Assembly (NCBI GenBank): GCA_030390025.1
Contig: CM059432.1
Span: 128,652,001-128,716,000, forward strand
DNA length: 64,000 bases
DNA from: Squalus acanthias
Taxonomy: Eukaryota
Direction of reading: 5' to 3'
The notes below the pieces were generated by a model. That model did not search any database and was not told the DNA's origin. It saw only the letters and a list, made by a program, of their open reading frames with translations. Below are positions 23,424 through 35,364 of the stretch, piece after piece; position 1 is the stretch's first letter, and every line of letters starts with the position of its first letter. The translations under genes were made by a program, and so were the position numbers.

Positions 23424-25520
23424 TCAACTACCTTTCCACAGGTTCACCACTCTCTGGGTGAAGAAATTCTTCCTAATTTCTGTCCTAAATGGCTTACCCC
23501 TTATCCTTAGATTATGGCCCCTGGTTCTGGACTCTCCGACCATCGGGAACATTCTTCCTGCATCTAGTTTGTCCAGACCTGTCAGAATTTTATATGTTTC
23601 AATGAAATCCCCTCTCATTCTTCTATACTCCAGCGAGTACAAGCCCAATCGACCCAATCTCTCCTCATATGTCATTCCTGCCATCCCAGGTATCAGCCTT
23701 GTGAATCTTCGCTGAACTCCTTCCATGGCAAGAACATCCTTCCTCAGATAAGGTGACCAAAACTGCACACAGTACTCAAGGTGTGGTCTCACCAAGGCCC
23801 TGTACAACTGCAGCAGGACATCCCTGTTCCTATACTCAAACCCTTTCATAATGAAGGCCAACATACCATTTGCCTTCTTCACCACCTGCTGCATCTGCAT
23901 GCTTACCTTCAGCGACTGGTGCACAAGGACACCCAGGTCTCGTTGCACTTCCCCTTCTCCCAATCTATTACCATTCAGATAATAGTCTGCCTTTCTGTTT
24001 TTGACACCAAAGTGGATAACCTCGCATTTATCCACATTATATTGCATCTGCCACGCTTCTGCCCACTCACCCAACCTGTCCAAATCATCCTGGAGTTTCT
24101 CGGTATCCTCCTCGCAGCACACACTCCCACCCAGCTTTGTGTCATCTGCAAACTTGGAGATATTACATTTAGTTCCCTTATCTAGATCATTAATGTATAT
24201 TGTGAATAGATGGGGTCCAAGGACCGATCCCTGCGGTACCCCACTAGTCACTGCTTGCCACTCGGAAAAAGACCCATTAATTCCTACTCTCTGCTTTCTG
24301 TCCGCCAACCAGTTCTCTATCCAAGTCAATACCTTGCCCCCAATCCCATGTGCCTTAACTTTACACGCTAATCTCTTATGCGGGACCTTATCGAAAGCCT
24401 TTTGAAAGTCCAAATACACCACATCTACTGGTTCTCCCTTATCTATTTTCCCAGTTACATCCTCAAAAAATTCCAGTAGATTAGTCAAGCACAATTTACC
24501 TTTTGTAAATCCATGTTGACTTTGTTCGATCCTGTCACTGTTTTTCAAGTGCTCAGCTATTACATCCTTTATAATGGACTCTAGCATTTTCCCCACTACC
24601 GATGTCAGGCTTACCGGCCTGTAATTCCCCACTTTCTCTCTACCACCCTTTTTGAATAGTGGGGTAACATTAGCTACCCTCCAATCCATGGGTACAGTTC
24701 CAGATTCCATCGAATGTTGGAAGATGATCAGCAATGCATCTACTATTTCTAGGGCCACTTCCTTAAGTACCCTAGGATGTAGATTATCAGGCCCTGGTGA
24801 TTTATCGGCCTTCAATCCCGTCAATTTCCCTAACACCATTTCCCTGCAAATACTGATTTCTTTCAGTTCCTCCCTTTCATCAGACCGTATGTTCTCCAAC
24901 ATCTCTGGGAGGTTATTTGTGTCCTCCTTTGTGAAGACAGAACCAAAATATGCATTTAATTGGTCTGCCATTTCTTTGTTCCCCATTATAACTTCCCCCG
25001 CTTCTGACTGCAAGGGACCTACACTTGATTTCACTAATCTTTTTCGCTTCACATATCTATAAAAGCTCTTACAGTCAGTTTTTATGTTCCCAGCAAGCTT
25101 ACTTTCATTTTCTATTTTCCCCTTCTTAATTAATCCCTTTGTCCTCCTTTGTTGAATCCTAAACTGCTCCCAATCCTCAGGGTTACCGCTTTTTCTGGCC
25201 AATTTATATGCCCTCTCCTTGAATCTTATGCTATCCCTAATTTCCCTTGTTAGCCACGGTTGAGTCACCCTTTTTGTTTTATTCTTATGCCACACTGGGA
25301 TGAACAAATTCTGTAGTTCATCCATGCAGTCTTTGAATGTTTGCCATTGCCTATCCACCGTCAACCCTTTGAGTGACATTCCCCAATCAATCCTACCCAA
25401 TTCGCGCCTCATACCATCGTAGTTTCCTTTATTTAAATTCAGGACCCTAGTCTCTGATTCAACTACTTCACTCTCCATCCTAATGAAGAATTCTATCATA
25501 TTATGATCACTCTGACCCAA
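23424..25520 (-). CDS. CR1 ORF2 reverse transcriptase part (698 aa open)
   Basis: KSPGPD, NYRPVSLTS, YLDFQKAFDKVPH, GVPQGSVLGP, KFADDTKL. A small deletion truncates the C-terminus. Confidence 0.95.
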   Translation of the reverse strand: MGQSDHNMIEFFIRMESEVVESETRVLNLNKGNYDGMRRELGRIDWGMSLKGLTVDRQWQTFKDCMDELQNLFIPVWHKNKTKRVTQPWLTREIRDSIRFKERAYKLARKSGNPEDWEQFRIQQRRTKGLIKKGKIENESKLAGNIKTDCKSFYRYVKRKRLVKSSVGPLQSEAGEVIMGNKEMADQLNAYFGSVFTKEDTNNLPEMLENIRSDEREELKEISICREMVLGKLTGLKADKSPGPDNLHPRVLKEVALEIVDALLIIFQHSMESGTVPMDWRVANVTPLFKKGGREKVGNYRPVSLTSVVGKMLESIIKDVIAEHLKNSDRIEQSQHGFTKGKLCLTNLLEFFEDVTGKIDKGEPVDVVYLDFQKAFDKVPHKRLACKVKAHGIGGKVLTWIENWLADRKQRVGINGSFSEWQAVTSGVPQGSVLGPHLFTIYINDLDKGTKCNISKFADDTKLGGSVCCEEDTEKLQDDLDRLGEWAEAWQMQYNVDKCEVIHFGVKNRKADYYLNGNRLGEGEVQRDLGVLVHQSLKVSMQMQQVVKKANGMLAFIMKGFEYRNRDVLLQLYRALVRPHLEYCVQFWSPYLRKDVLAMEGVQRRFTRLIPGMAGMTYEERLGRLGLYSLEYRRMRGDFIETYKILTGLDKLDAGRMFPMVGESRTRGHNLRIRGKPFRTEIRKNFFTQRVVNLWKGS

Positions 25521-25561
25521 GGGTCTCGTACAACAAGATTGCTAATTAATCCTTTCTCGTT

Positions 25562-26173
25562 TCATAATACCCAGTCTAAGATGGCCTGATCTCTGGTTGG
25601 TTCCTCGACATATTGTTCCAGAAAACCATCCCGTAAACATTCTAGGAATTTCTCCTCCACAGTATTTTTACTAATTTGGTTAGCCCAATCTATATGTAAA
25701 TTAAAGTCACCCATGATGACTGATGTGCCCTTACTGCATGCTTCCCTCATTTCCCTTTTAATGCCGTCCCCAACCTCCGTATTACTGTTTGGAGGTCTAT
25801 ATACCACTCCCACTAACGTTTTCTGCCCCTTGTTAATTCTCAGTTCTACCCATACGGATTCCGCATCATCAGAGCTAATATCCTTCCTTTCAATTGTGTT
25901 AATCCCCTCTTTAACCAGCAATGCTACCCCACCTCCATTTCTTTTTTGCCTATCTTTCCTAAATATTGAATAACCCTGGATGTTGAGTTCCCAGCCTTGG
26001 CCACCCTGGAGCCATGTTTCTGTAATCCCAATCAAATCGTATTCATTTACCTCTATTTGCGCAGTTAATTCATCCACCTTGTTCCGAATGCTCCTTCCAT
26101 TAAGACACAAAGCCTTCAGGCTTGTTTTTTTAACGCTCTTAGAGCTATATGAATTATTATTTACTGTGACCAT
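25562..26173 (-). CDS. CR1 ORF2 AP-endonuclease part, separated from RT by a TGA and a 1-nt frameshift
   Basis: LCLNGRSIRNK, IGITETW, GVVYRPP, MGDFN, LDWVL*. SDH lies in the next frame. Confidence 0.93.
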   Translation of the reverse strand: MVTVNNNSYSSKSVKKTSLKALCLNGRSIRNKVDELTAQIEVNEYDLIGITETWLQGGQGWELNIQGYSIFRKDRQKRNGGGVALLVKEGINTIERKDISSDDAESVWVELRINKGQKTLVGVVYRPPNSNTEVGDGIKREMREACSKGTSVIMGDFNLHIDWANQISKNTVEEKFLECLRDGFLEQYVEEPTRDQAILDWVL

Positions 26174-26295
26174 GTTTGATTTAAACCGTTGAGTTCTTTG
26201 CCTTCTACTTTTGTTTTTCTCCTTCCTGTCTTTAGCTTTTATCCTTTTTTCCCTTTCCTCTGTCTCCCTGCTCAGGTTCCGAACCCCCTGCCACT

Positions 26296-27246
26296 TTAGT
26301 TTAAACCCTCCCCAATAGCACTAGCAAACACTCCCCCTAGGACATCGGTCCCGGCCCTGCCCAGGTGCAGACCGTCCTGTTTGTACTGGTCCCACCTCCC
26401 CCAGAACCGGTTCCAATGTCCAAGGAATTTGAATCCCTCCCCCTTGCACCATTCCTCTAGCCACGTATTCATTTGAAATATCCTCCTATTTCTACTCTGA
26501 CTAGCACGTGGCACTGGTAGCAATCCTGAGATTACTACCTTTGAGGTCCTATTTATTAATTTACCTCCTAACTCCCTATATTCTGCTTTTAGGGCCTCAT
26601 CCCGTTTTTTACCTATATCGTTGATGCCTATGTGCACCACGACAACTGGCTGTTTGCCCTCCCCCTCCAAAATGTTCTGTAGCCGCTCTGAGACGTCCTT
26701 GACCCTTGCACCAGGGAGGCAACACACCATCCTTGAGTCTCGTTTGCGGCTGCAGAAACGCCTATCTATTCCCCTTACAATTGAATCCCCTATCACTATA
26801 GCTCTTCCACACTTTTTCCTCCCAGCCTGTGCAGCAGAGCCACCCATGGTGCCAGGAAGTTGGCTGCTGCTGCCTTCCCCTGATAAGTCATCCCCCCCAA
26901 CAGCATCCAAAGTGGTATATCTGTTTGAGAGGGGGATGGCCACAGGGGACCACTGCACTACCTGCCTGCACCTCTTACTCTGCCTGGTGGTCACCCATTC
27001 CCTTCCTGCCTGTACATCCTTTACCTGTGGTGTGACCAACTCGCTAAACGTGTTATCCACAACGTTCTCAGTGTCGCGAATGCTCCAATATGCATCCATC
27101 CGCAGCTCCAGCGCCGCAATGTGGTCCGTCAGTAGCTGCAGCTGGATACATTTCCCACACACATGGTCGTCAGGGACACAGGAAGCATCCCTGATTTCCC
27201 ACATATAGCAGGAGGAGCATATCACGGGACGGAGCTCTCCTGCCAT
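26296..27246 (-). CDS. CR1 ORF1p: N-terminal Zn-finger/leucine zipper plus SGNH (GDSL) esterase, intact 316 aa
   Basis: CSSC..CGKC, heptad leucines, IGDSIVRG, PGARV, HIGIND, DGLHL. Confidence 0.93.
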   Translation of the reverse strand: MAGELRPVICSSCYMWEIRDASCVPDDHVCGKCIQLQLLTDHIAALELRMDAYWSIRDTENVVDNTFSELVTPQVKDVQAGREWVTTRQSKRCRQVVQWSPVAIPLSNRYTTLDAVGGDDLSGEGSSSQLPGTMGGSAAQAGRKKCGRAIVIGDSIVRGIDRRFCSRKRDSRMVCCLPGARVKDVSERLQNILEGEGKQPVVVVHIGINDIGKKRDEALKAEYRELGGKLINRTSKVVISGLLPVPRASQSRNRRIFQMNTWLEEWCKGEGFKFLGHWNRFWGRWDQYKQDGLHLGRAGTDVLGGVFASAIGEGLN

Positions 27247-27514
27247 GACTTACCCTTTAATTAATTAATTAAAATTAAATTAAATGAATCCCACCAATTT
27301 CACTTCAATTAAATGATATACTCAAGGGCCCTTGTTTAACAGCAGTCCCCGCTACACCACAGAGACTCTAGAAACTATAACCCACAGAATTTAAGTATGG
27401 AAAAAAGGAGAAAGTGCGAAATACTCACCAACCAATCACTTACCTGCTTTCTGGAGATGTCACACTTCGATTACTTTTTACTTCTTTACACTCACCGGTC
27501 CGTTGTAGCCCCGG

Positions 27515-27865
27515 CTCGCCTTTCAAATCTCCCGAGGTTTGGCGCTCTCCAGCCGCTCTTGCTCGCCTTTCAAATCTCCCGAGGTTTGGCGCTCTGCAGC
27601 CGCTCTCGCTCGCCTTTCAAATCTCCCGAGGTTTGGCGCTCTCCAGCCGCTCTCGCTCGCCTTTCAAATCTCCCGAGGTTTGGCGCTCTCCAGCCGCTCT
27701 CGCTCGCCTTTCAAATCTCCCGAGGTTTGGCGCTCTCCAGCTGCTCTCGCTCGCCTTTCAAATCTCCCGAGGTTTGGCGCTCTCCAGCCGCTCTCGCTCG
27801 CCTTTCAAATCTCCCGAGCTTTGGCGCTCTCCAGCCGCTCTCGCTCGCCTTTCAAATCTCCCGAG
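27515..27865. repeat. 47-bp tandem monomer array (about 7.5 copies) at the CR1 5' end
   Basis: Unit CGCTCTCGCTCGCCTTTCAAATCTCCCGAGGTTTGGCGCTCTCCAGC, nearly identical copies with CpGs intact. Confidence 0.97.
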
Positions 27866-27964
27866 ATTTCTCGCTGCCGGCAGGTGCCCACCAATACCAC
27901 AGAGGAACATCAAGTGGTGCTGCAATGGCGACTGATGGTGATATATTCCATGATTATCAATTCG

Positions 27965-28285
27965 TCAAGTTCTCTCTGCACCCGCTACTTTGTATCCTCC
28001 AATTCTGGCCTCTTGCGCATCCCCGATTTTAATCACTCCACCATTGGCGCAGTGCCTGGGCCCGAAGCTCTGGAATTCCCTCCCTAAACCTCTCCGCCTC
28101 TCTACCTCTCTCTCTTCCTTTAAGACGCTCCTTAAAACCTACCTCTTTGACCAAGCTTTTGGTCACCTGTCCTAATATCTCCCATGTGCCTGGTGTCAAA
28201 TTTTGTTTGATAACGCTCCTGTGAAGTGCCTTGGGACATTTTACTCTGTTACAGGCGCTACATAAATGCAAGTTGTTGTTGTTGT
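27965..28285 (+). mobile_element. L2 3' end
   Basis: GPKLWNSLP..FKTLLKTYLFDQAF; (GTT)n tail. Confidence 0.85.
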
Positions 28286-28349
28286 ATCATCTAGTGCATT
28301 GTGTGAGGCCAATTGATGAGGAGGGGAAGAAATTACTTTGAGGACAACA

Positions 28350-30240
28350 TTGAGCAAACAGTTGAACTTGTATAGCATCTTTACCATAAAAAATGTTCGA
28401 AGGCACCACAGACGTAAGGAAAATGAAAAATGAAAGGAGAGATTAGGACAGGTGAATGAAAGCTTGGTCAAAGATATGGGCTTTGAGGAGGTTTTTAAAA
28501 AGTGGGAGGGGACGTGAGGTTTGAGAGGATCATTTCAGACAGTAGGACCCAGGCAGCTGAAGGCTTTGTCACCAAGGGTGGGACAAAGAGATAGATGGAT
28601 TCACAAAAGGCTGAAGTCAGAGAAACAGTCATGGGGCAGAATAGGATGTTGGCCTGGAGGAGACTGCAGAGAAAGGTTGTGGCAATGCAATGAAGGGATT
28701 TAAAGATGAGGACAAGGATTTTATCTTTATTGCACTAGGAAATAGGGAGCCATGCAGTTCAGCGAGGATAGGGGTGATGGGTGAGCAGGACCTGGTGCGG
28801 GACAGGATACGTGTAGCTGAGTTTTGGATAAGTTAATTTTTAATAAATAGTGAAGATGGGAGGGCAGGAAGGAAAGTGTTGAAGTAGTCAGATCTAGAGA
28901 TGCGGAAATATGTGTGAGGGTTTCAACAGTGAAGAGGCTTATGTACAAGCAGAGGAGGGCAATTCTGCAGAAGTAATTCGTTTTTCCGATGGAGAGAAAA
29001 TAGTGTTTGAAACTCAGCTCAGTGTTGATCAGGGGACCAAGATTGCAAACTTCTGGTTCAGCTTCAGACAGTGGCTGGGAAGGGTAAGGGAGTTATTGGC
29101 AAAGGAGCAGAGTATGCGGTGGGGGCTGAAGACAATAGTTTTGGTCTTCCCAATGTCGAACTGGAGAAGATTATGCCTACACCAAGATCGGATGTAGGAC
29201 AAGCAGTCTAACAGCACAATGGCAATTGAGGGGGGTGGGGGGGGGGGGGGTGGCTGCGAGAGAGATGGTGGAGAGGTGGAGCTGGTGTTGTTGGTGTACA
29301 TGTGGAACCTGACTTCTTGTCTGCAGATGTTGTTGCTGATGGGCAGCATGTAGATGAAGAAGAGGAGGGGGCAAGAATAGATTCATGGGGGATGTCCCTG
29401 ATTGAGTAAGAGAGAGAAGGTAAGCCATTTCCGGAGATATGTTGGCTATGTTTGGATAGGTTGGATTGTAACCATGTGAGGACAGTCCTGCAAAGCTGAA
29501 CAATGGAGAAGAGATGTTAGAAGAGGATTGCATAGTCAACCATGTTGAATGTTGCAATAAGGTCGAGAGGATGAGAAGGGATAATGCACCATGTTCACAG
29601 ATGTGTTGTTCGTGATTAGGGCTATTTTGCAAAAACATGTTCAAGGACCTGAGGGAGGAAAGGATGGTTGGAGATAGGATCATTGTCGGAGAACAGAAAG
29701 ATCAAGGGGGAAAAATTGGTTCGCGCCCCCTTTGGAGCCCTGCTGGACCACCGGGGAGCAGGGTGCCGGCAAAAGAGCCTGGCACTCAGGAGGAATGCCG
29801 GGCTGACCGATCGAGGCCGGCACCCCGCAGGAGGAGGCGAAAGGGGGAAGGTGCTGGCAGGCGGCCCCAAAAAAATGGCCGCCCGGCACCTGCCCTTTAA
29901 TTTGTGCCACTGCGGCTGCAAACACAGCACCCTGACCCTATCGGACATAGCATCCGGTGGTAGGTCAGGGGGCACAAACAAAGTTTGCGGCCGGGGCGCA
30001 AGTGGGGCGCTGCCGGCTACCGGCGTCACTAACCTCCCGCTGAAATTCGTGGGAGGCGTTAGCGGCACCACACCCGGGCGCTAGGTGCTTTGCACCCTCG
30101 GGGTGCTAACGGGAGGCGCAAAGCAACCCAATTTTCCCCCCAAGTTTTTTGAGGCGAGGGTGATAACAGTTCTTTTGAAGGGGAAACAGATGCCTAAGGA
30201 AAGGGAACCAATCAACAATGCCAGCTAGCAAGGGGGCTAG
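28350..30240 (-). mobile_element. Old L2 LINE fragment interrupted by a MITE
   Basis: Minus-strand NLLQFDIGKTK and PISNHPFL motifs. Confidence 0.7.
29706..30140. mobile_element. Harbinger-like MITE
   Basis: TIRs GGGGGAAAAATT / AATTTTCCCCC; 3-bp TSD CAA. Confidence 0.88.
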
Positions 30241-33200
30241 GAAAGGATAAACTTGTTCTTTTTGAATATATTCATGATGTTGCTACACAAAATAATCAGA
30301 GCAGTTCTTCCCATACTGTTAGTTGAAGGAACCCAGAATGTTATGTTCCTGCTTGTTGTAAACTTGATCCCGTCAAAAGAGGTGCATATATCTGACATCT
30401 CGTTCTGTTGTTTGGTAAAGCTCACAGAGGTGTTGTATTTCGGTTTAGTTTACTTTGGACTAACGCCTGCCAAAGAACACAGAGCAGTTTGAAAGCCAGG
30501 ATCTGTGGTTCGCAGAAGGTGTGTTCAACCATTTCTTGACGGTTTAACATGTGTTGCATTTTTTGGATAGTTTGTTTAAGAGATTCCAGCAACACAGGTA
30601 GCTGGCAACAAACATGTACGATCTACTCTTAGTTCAAAGTTACGTCAATCAAATTGTCTGATAATACCATTTTTAGCACTAAACTCATACTTACTGTGAT
30701 TAATTAAGATGATTGGATAATTCAATTTTTTAACACAAAAATGGCTGAATTATCATAGGTAGACTGTATTTGCACCAGAACAGATTCTTTGGTGAAGGAC
30801 AGGTTCTTTTTTCCTTTGGTAAGTTTGGAATGGAAACTATCATTGACCAATATATATCTGGTATACTTTCAGGAGGTCAAAATATGAGGCTATTGGTTTA
30901 CAAAATGGGAGTGAGGAGTCTCCATATGGCCCAGTACAGTAGTTCAATTTTAGATGATGGCAGACTCCCATGGTTCCATCGCGTGATCCATACTGACGTG
31001 ATCTTCTAAGTGTTTCATACGCCATTGAGTTTTAATTGTTATTGGAGGTAACACACTACTTTATAGCTGTGTACCTATGCAAGAATAATTGAGCAAAAGT
31101 AATGATCCACAAAAAATAATTGTATTCAAGGGAGATTTTAAGAACACCAAGAAAATAACAATGTGGCCTAAATTTCTTTGCGCCTCAAATCGGGTTTGAA
31201 TCCGGTGGCGCCCATTGTCAGCTCACCGGAACGAAGAGGCCCGAGGACCAAAGTAAATTTGTCCTCAAGCCTCATCAGAATAAATCAAGCAAACTGTGGG
31301 TGCCAAAGGGGTACGGTAGCATAGTGCTTATGTTACTGGACTAGAAATCCAGAGGCCTGGACTATTGATCCGGAGACGTGAGTTCAAATCTCACCACGGC
31401 AGCTGGGGATTTTAAATTCAGTTAATTAAATAAATCTGGAATAAAAAGCTAGTGTCAATAATGGTGACCATGAAACTATCGGATTGTTGTAAAAACCCAT
31501 CTGGTTCACTAATGTCCTTTAGGGAAGGAAATCTGCCGTCCTTACCTGGTCTGGCCTATATGTGACTCCAGACCCACAGCAATGTGGTTGACTCTGAACT
31601 GCCCTCTGAAATGGCCTAGCAAGTCACTCAGTTGTACAAAACCGCATGAAAAACAATAATAAGAATAAAATTGGACGGACCGTCTGGCATCGAGGCACTG
31701 CCTTCGGATACGACAACGGCACACCCAGCCCAGTCAACCTGCCAAAATTGGGAGAGCTGTCCCACAGACTAGTCAAGCAATAGCCTGATATAGTCATACT
31801 CACAGAATCATACCTTTCAGCCAATGTCCCAAACTGCTCCATCACCATTCCTGGGTATGTCCTGTCTCACCGGCAGGATGGCACAGTGGGATACAGTCAG
31901 GAAGGAATGGCCCTGGGAGTCCTCAACATTGACTTCGGACCCCATGAAGTCTCATGGCTTCAGGTCAAGCGTGGGCAAGGAAACCTCCTGCTGATTACCA
32001 CCTATCGCCCTCCCTCAGCTGATGAATCAGTACTTCTCCATGTTGAACACCACTTGGAAGAAGCACTGTGTAGCAAGGGCACTTCAATGTCCATCACCAA
32101 GATTGACTCGGTAGCACCACTACTGACCGATCTGGCCGAGATCTGAAGGATATAGCTGCCAGACTGGGCCTGCGGCAGGTGGTGAGAGAACCAACATGAG
32201 GGAAAAAACCTTCTTGACCTCGTCCTCACTATTCTACCTGTCGCTGATGCATCTGTCCATAACAGTATTGGTAAGAGTGACCACCGCACAGTCATTGTGG
32301 AGACAAAGTCCCGTCTTCACACTGAGGACTCCCTTCATCATGTTGTGTGGCACTACCACTGTGCTAAATGTGATAGATTCAGAACAGATCTAGCAGCTCA
32401 AAACTGGGCATCCATGAGGCGCTGTGGGCCATCAGCAGCAGCAGAATTGTATTCCAACACAATCTGTAACCTCATGGCCTGGCATATCCCTCACTCTACC
32501 ATTACCATCAAGTCAGGGGACCAACTCTGGTTCAATAAGGAGTGTAGAAGAGTATGCCGGGAGCAGCACCAGGCGTACCTAAAAATGAGGTGCCAACCTG
32601 GGGAAGCTGCAACACAGGACTACATGATTGCTAAACAGCGGAAGCAGCATGCTATTGACAGAGCAACGCAATCCCACAACCAACGGATCAGATCAAAACT
32701 CTGCAGTCTGTAGGATCGATTCCTCCCCCCAATGGTAAAAATATTGGACTATGAAAGATAAAAACCCAGAAGTGCACAGCCCGCGAAAAGAGCTGGGCAA
32801 TAAAGGGTTAATTCAAACATTGCAGCCAAAACTACGAACCTTCAAGAGACTGGATCACAGACAATCTAATATACGAATTTAAAGTCTGAACAAGGACATT
32901 CGCATATTCATGTACCTTAAGGGGTTACATTGTCCACCTTAGACCATGGCCTCCGAATAACCAGTTTCAGTGCAGGCCTAGACAATGGGCCGGGCCTCGA
33001 ATCTTTTGAATACAAATGCTAACAGAAACCAACAACTTCGCACATGCAGTCACTTTGGGAGTGCTGCATTGTCAAAAAGATATCGCAAATCAATGGACAA
33101 TACCAGGAACAATTCACACATTTTGAAATGAATCGTACGCTCAGAAGGGGGCCAGGTAATACTGAAGGTTGGTTTTGGTTTAAAGTAAGATCATTTCGAA

Positions 33201-33407
33201 GACAGCGTGGGGGAAGCCGACGGCAGAACAGCGAACAGAAAGATTCGGGCCTACAATCAATTCCAAGAGACAGCCGATCGGGAGTGGTGATTGTATGTTT
33301 CAGTCAAATCATAGAGGGGGCTTTTGTGATTGAGTCTGAGTAAGTTTGTGAGTTTCAGTCAGATCGCAATAAGGGTTTTGTGATTGAGTCTGGGTAACTT
33401 TATATAT

Positions 33408-35033
33408 ATCCTACGCGCTCTCATCCCACGTACTCCCCGCGTGGGAGACTTCTACTGCCTCCCAAAGATACACAAAGCCAACACACCCGGACGTCCTATC
33501 GTATCAGGCAATGGAACCCTGTGTGAGAACCTCTCTGGATACGTCGAGGGCATTCTGAAACCCATCGTACAGGGAACCCCCAGCTTCTGTCGCGACACTA
33601 CAGACTTCTTACAGAAACTCAGCACCCACGGACCAGTTGAACCAGGAACACTCCTTGCCACGATGGACGTATCGGCACTCTACACCAGTATCCCCCACGA
33701 TGACGGCATCGCTGCAACAGCCTCAGTACTCAACATCAACAACAGCCAATCTCCAGACGTCATCCTACAACTCATCCGCTTCATCCTTGACCACAATGTC
33801 TTCACCTTCGACAACCATTTTTTTACCCAAACACACGGAACAGCCATGGGGACCAAATTCGCACCCCAATACGCCAACATCTTCATGCACAAGTTCGAGC
33901 AAGACTTCTTCGCTGCACAGGACCTCCAGCCAACGCTGTACACCAGATACATCGACGACATTTTCTTCCTTTGGACCCATGGCGAAGGATCACTGAAAAG
34001 ACTACACGATAACATAAACAAGTTCCATCCCACCATCAAACTCACCATGGACTACTCCTCAGAATCGGTCTCATTCCTGGACACACGAATCTCCATCAAA
34101 GACGGACACCTCAGCACTTCACTCTACCGCAAGCCCACGGACAACCTCACGATGCTCCACTTCTCCAGCTTCCACCCTAACCATGTTAAAGAAGCCATCC
34201 CCTATGGACAAGCCCTGCGAATACACAGGATCTGCTCAGACGAGGAGGAACGCGATGGACACCTACGGACGCTGAAAAACGCCCTCGTAAGAACGGGATA
34301 TGACGCTCGACTCATCGATCGACAGTTCCGACGGGCCACAGCGAAAAATCGCATAGACCTCCTCAGAAGGCAAACACGGGACACAACCAACAGGGTACCC
34401 TACGTCGTCCAGTACTTCCCCGGAGCGGAGAAACTACGACATGTTCTTCGCAGCCTTCAACATGTCATCGATGACGACAAACACCTCGCTAAGGCCATCC
34501 CCACGCCTCCACTACTTGCCTTCAAACAGCCGCCTAACCTCAGATGTACCATCGTTCGCAGCAAATTACCCAGCTTTCAGGATAACAGCGACCACGACAC
34601 CACACAACCCTGCCATGGCAAACTCTGCAAGACATGCCAGATCATCAACACAGATACCACCATCACACGTGAGGACACTACCCACCAGGTACATGGTACA
34701 TACTCATGTGACTCGGCCAACGTTGTCTACCTCATACGTTGCAGGAAAGAATGCACCGCGGCATGGTACATCGGCGAGACCATGCAGACACTGAGACAAC
34801 GTATGAACGAGCACCGCGCAACAATCGCCAGGCAGGATTGTTACCTCCCAGTCGGGGAACACTTCAGCAGTCAAGGACATTCAGCCTCGGATCTGCGGGT
34901 AAGCGTTCTCCAAGGCAACCTTAGAAACACACGACAACGCAAAATCATCGAGCAGAAACTGATAGCCAAGTTCCGCACTCATGAAGACGGTCTCAATCGG
35001 GATCTTGGGTTTATGTCACGATACATGACGTGA
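33408..35033 (+). CDS. Penelope RT plus GIY-YIG endonuclease; uninterrupted frame of about 540 codons lacking its N-terminus
   Basis: LPKIHK..GRPIVS, MDVSALYTSI, GTAMG, RYIDDIF, FLD, LYRKPT, Cys linker CHGKLCKTC, VVYLIRC..YIGET..RMNEH, GLNRD. Confidence 0.93.
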   Translation: MLRALIPRTPRVGDFYCLPKIHKANTPGRPIVSGNGTLCENLSGYVEGILKPIVQGTPSFCRDTTDFLQKLSTHGPVEPGTLLATMDVSALYTSIPHDDGIAATASVLNINNSQSPDVILQLIRFILDHNVFTFDNHFFTQTHGTAMGTKFAPQYANIFMHKFEQDFFAAQDLQPTLYTRYIDDIFFLWTHGEGSLKRLHDNINKFHPTIKLTMDYSSESVSFLDTRISIKDGHLSTSLYRKPTDNLTMLHFSSFHPNHVKEAIPYGQALRIHRICSDEEERDGHLRTLKNALVRTGYDARLIDRQFRRATAKNRIDLLRRQTRDTTNRVPYVVQYFPGAEKLRHVLRSLQHVIDDDKHLAKAIPTPPLLAFKQPPNLRCTIVRSKLPSFQDNSDHDTTQPCHGKLCKTCQIINTDTTITREDTTHQVHGTYSCDSANVVYLIRCRKECTAAWYIGETMQTLRQRMNEHRATIARQDCYLPVGEHFSSQGHSASDLRVSVLQGNLRNTRQRKIIEQKLIAKFRTHEDGLNRDLGFMSRYMT

Positions 35034-35364
35034 TCCGGACTCGAGTCGTCGTTAGCTTGTTCACAGATGTGATTCCCAGTAAAAAAGTAAAAATTTTCCC
35101 AGTAAAAAAGTAATTTTTTTTTAAAGCTTTTCGTTTTACATACAGACGGCAGCTTTTGACACGTTAGAACCCCTGCGACTACACCTCATTGTCTCAGTTG
35201 TATCTTGCTATGTCTTTTGATGTGGTACCTTCCTGGCTGACTTAATTAACTTTATCACACCTCGGCAGATAGTCAGGATGATTTAATTTATTGGTCTGCA
35301 ATTGTAAAGTACACATGTTTTTTTTCCATCTATATATGCTCTGGCGATTCTGTATCCAATTTAC

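Larger units (their letters stand above)
23228..27866 (-). mobile_element. Near full-length young CR1 LINE (5' monomer array, ORF1, ORF2, TTCTATGT tail)
   Basis: All canonical CR1 parts are present in order. Confidence 0.96.

Noticed and set aside
23781..27208. Plus-strand ORFs over the CR1
   Set aside because: Antisense shadows of ORF1/ORF2.
27515..27865. CRISPR-like array
   Set aside because: Head-to-tail repeats with no unique spacers, no cas genes, eukaryotic context.
27397..28087. Three overlapping 173-211 aa plus-strand ORFs
   Set aside because: Artefacts of the stop-free 47-bp tandem repeat.
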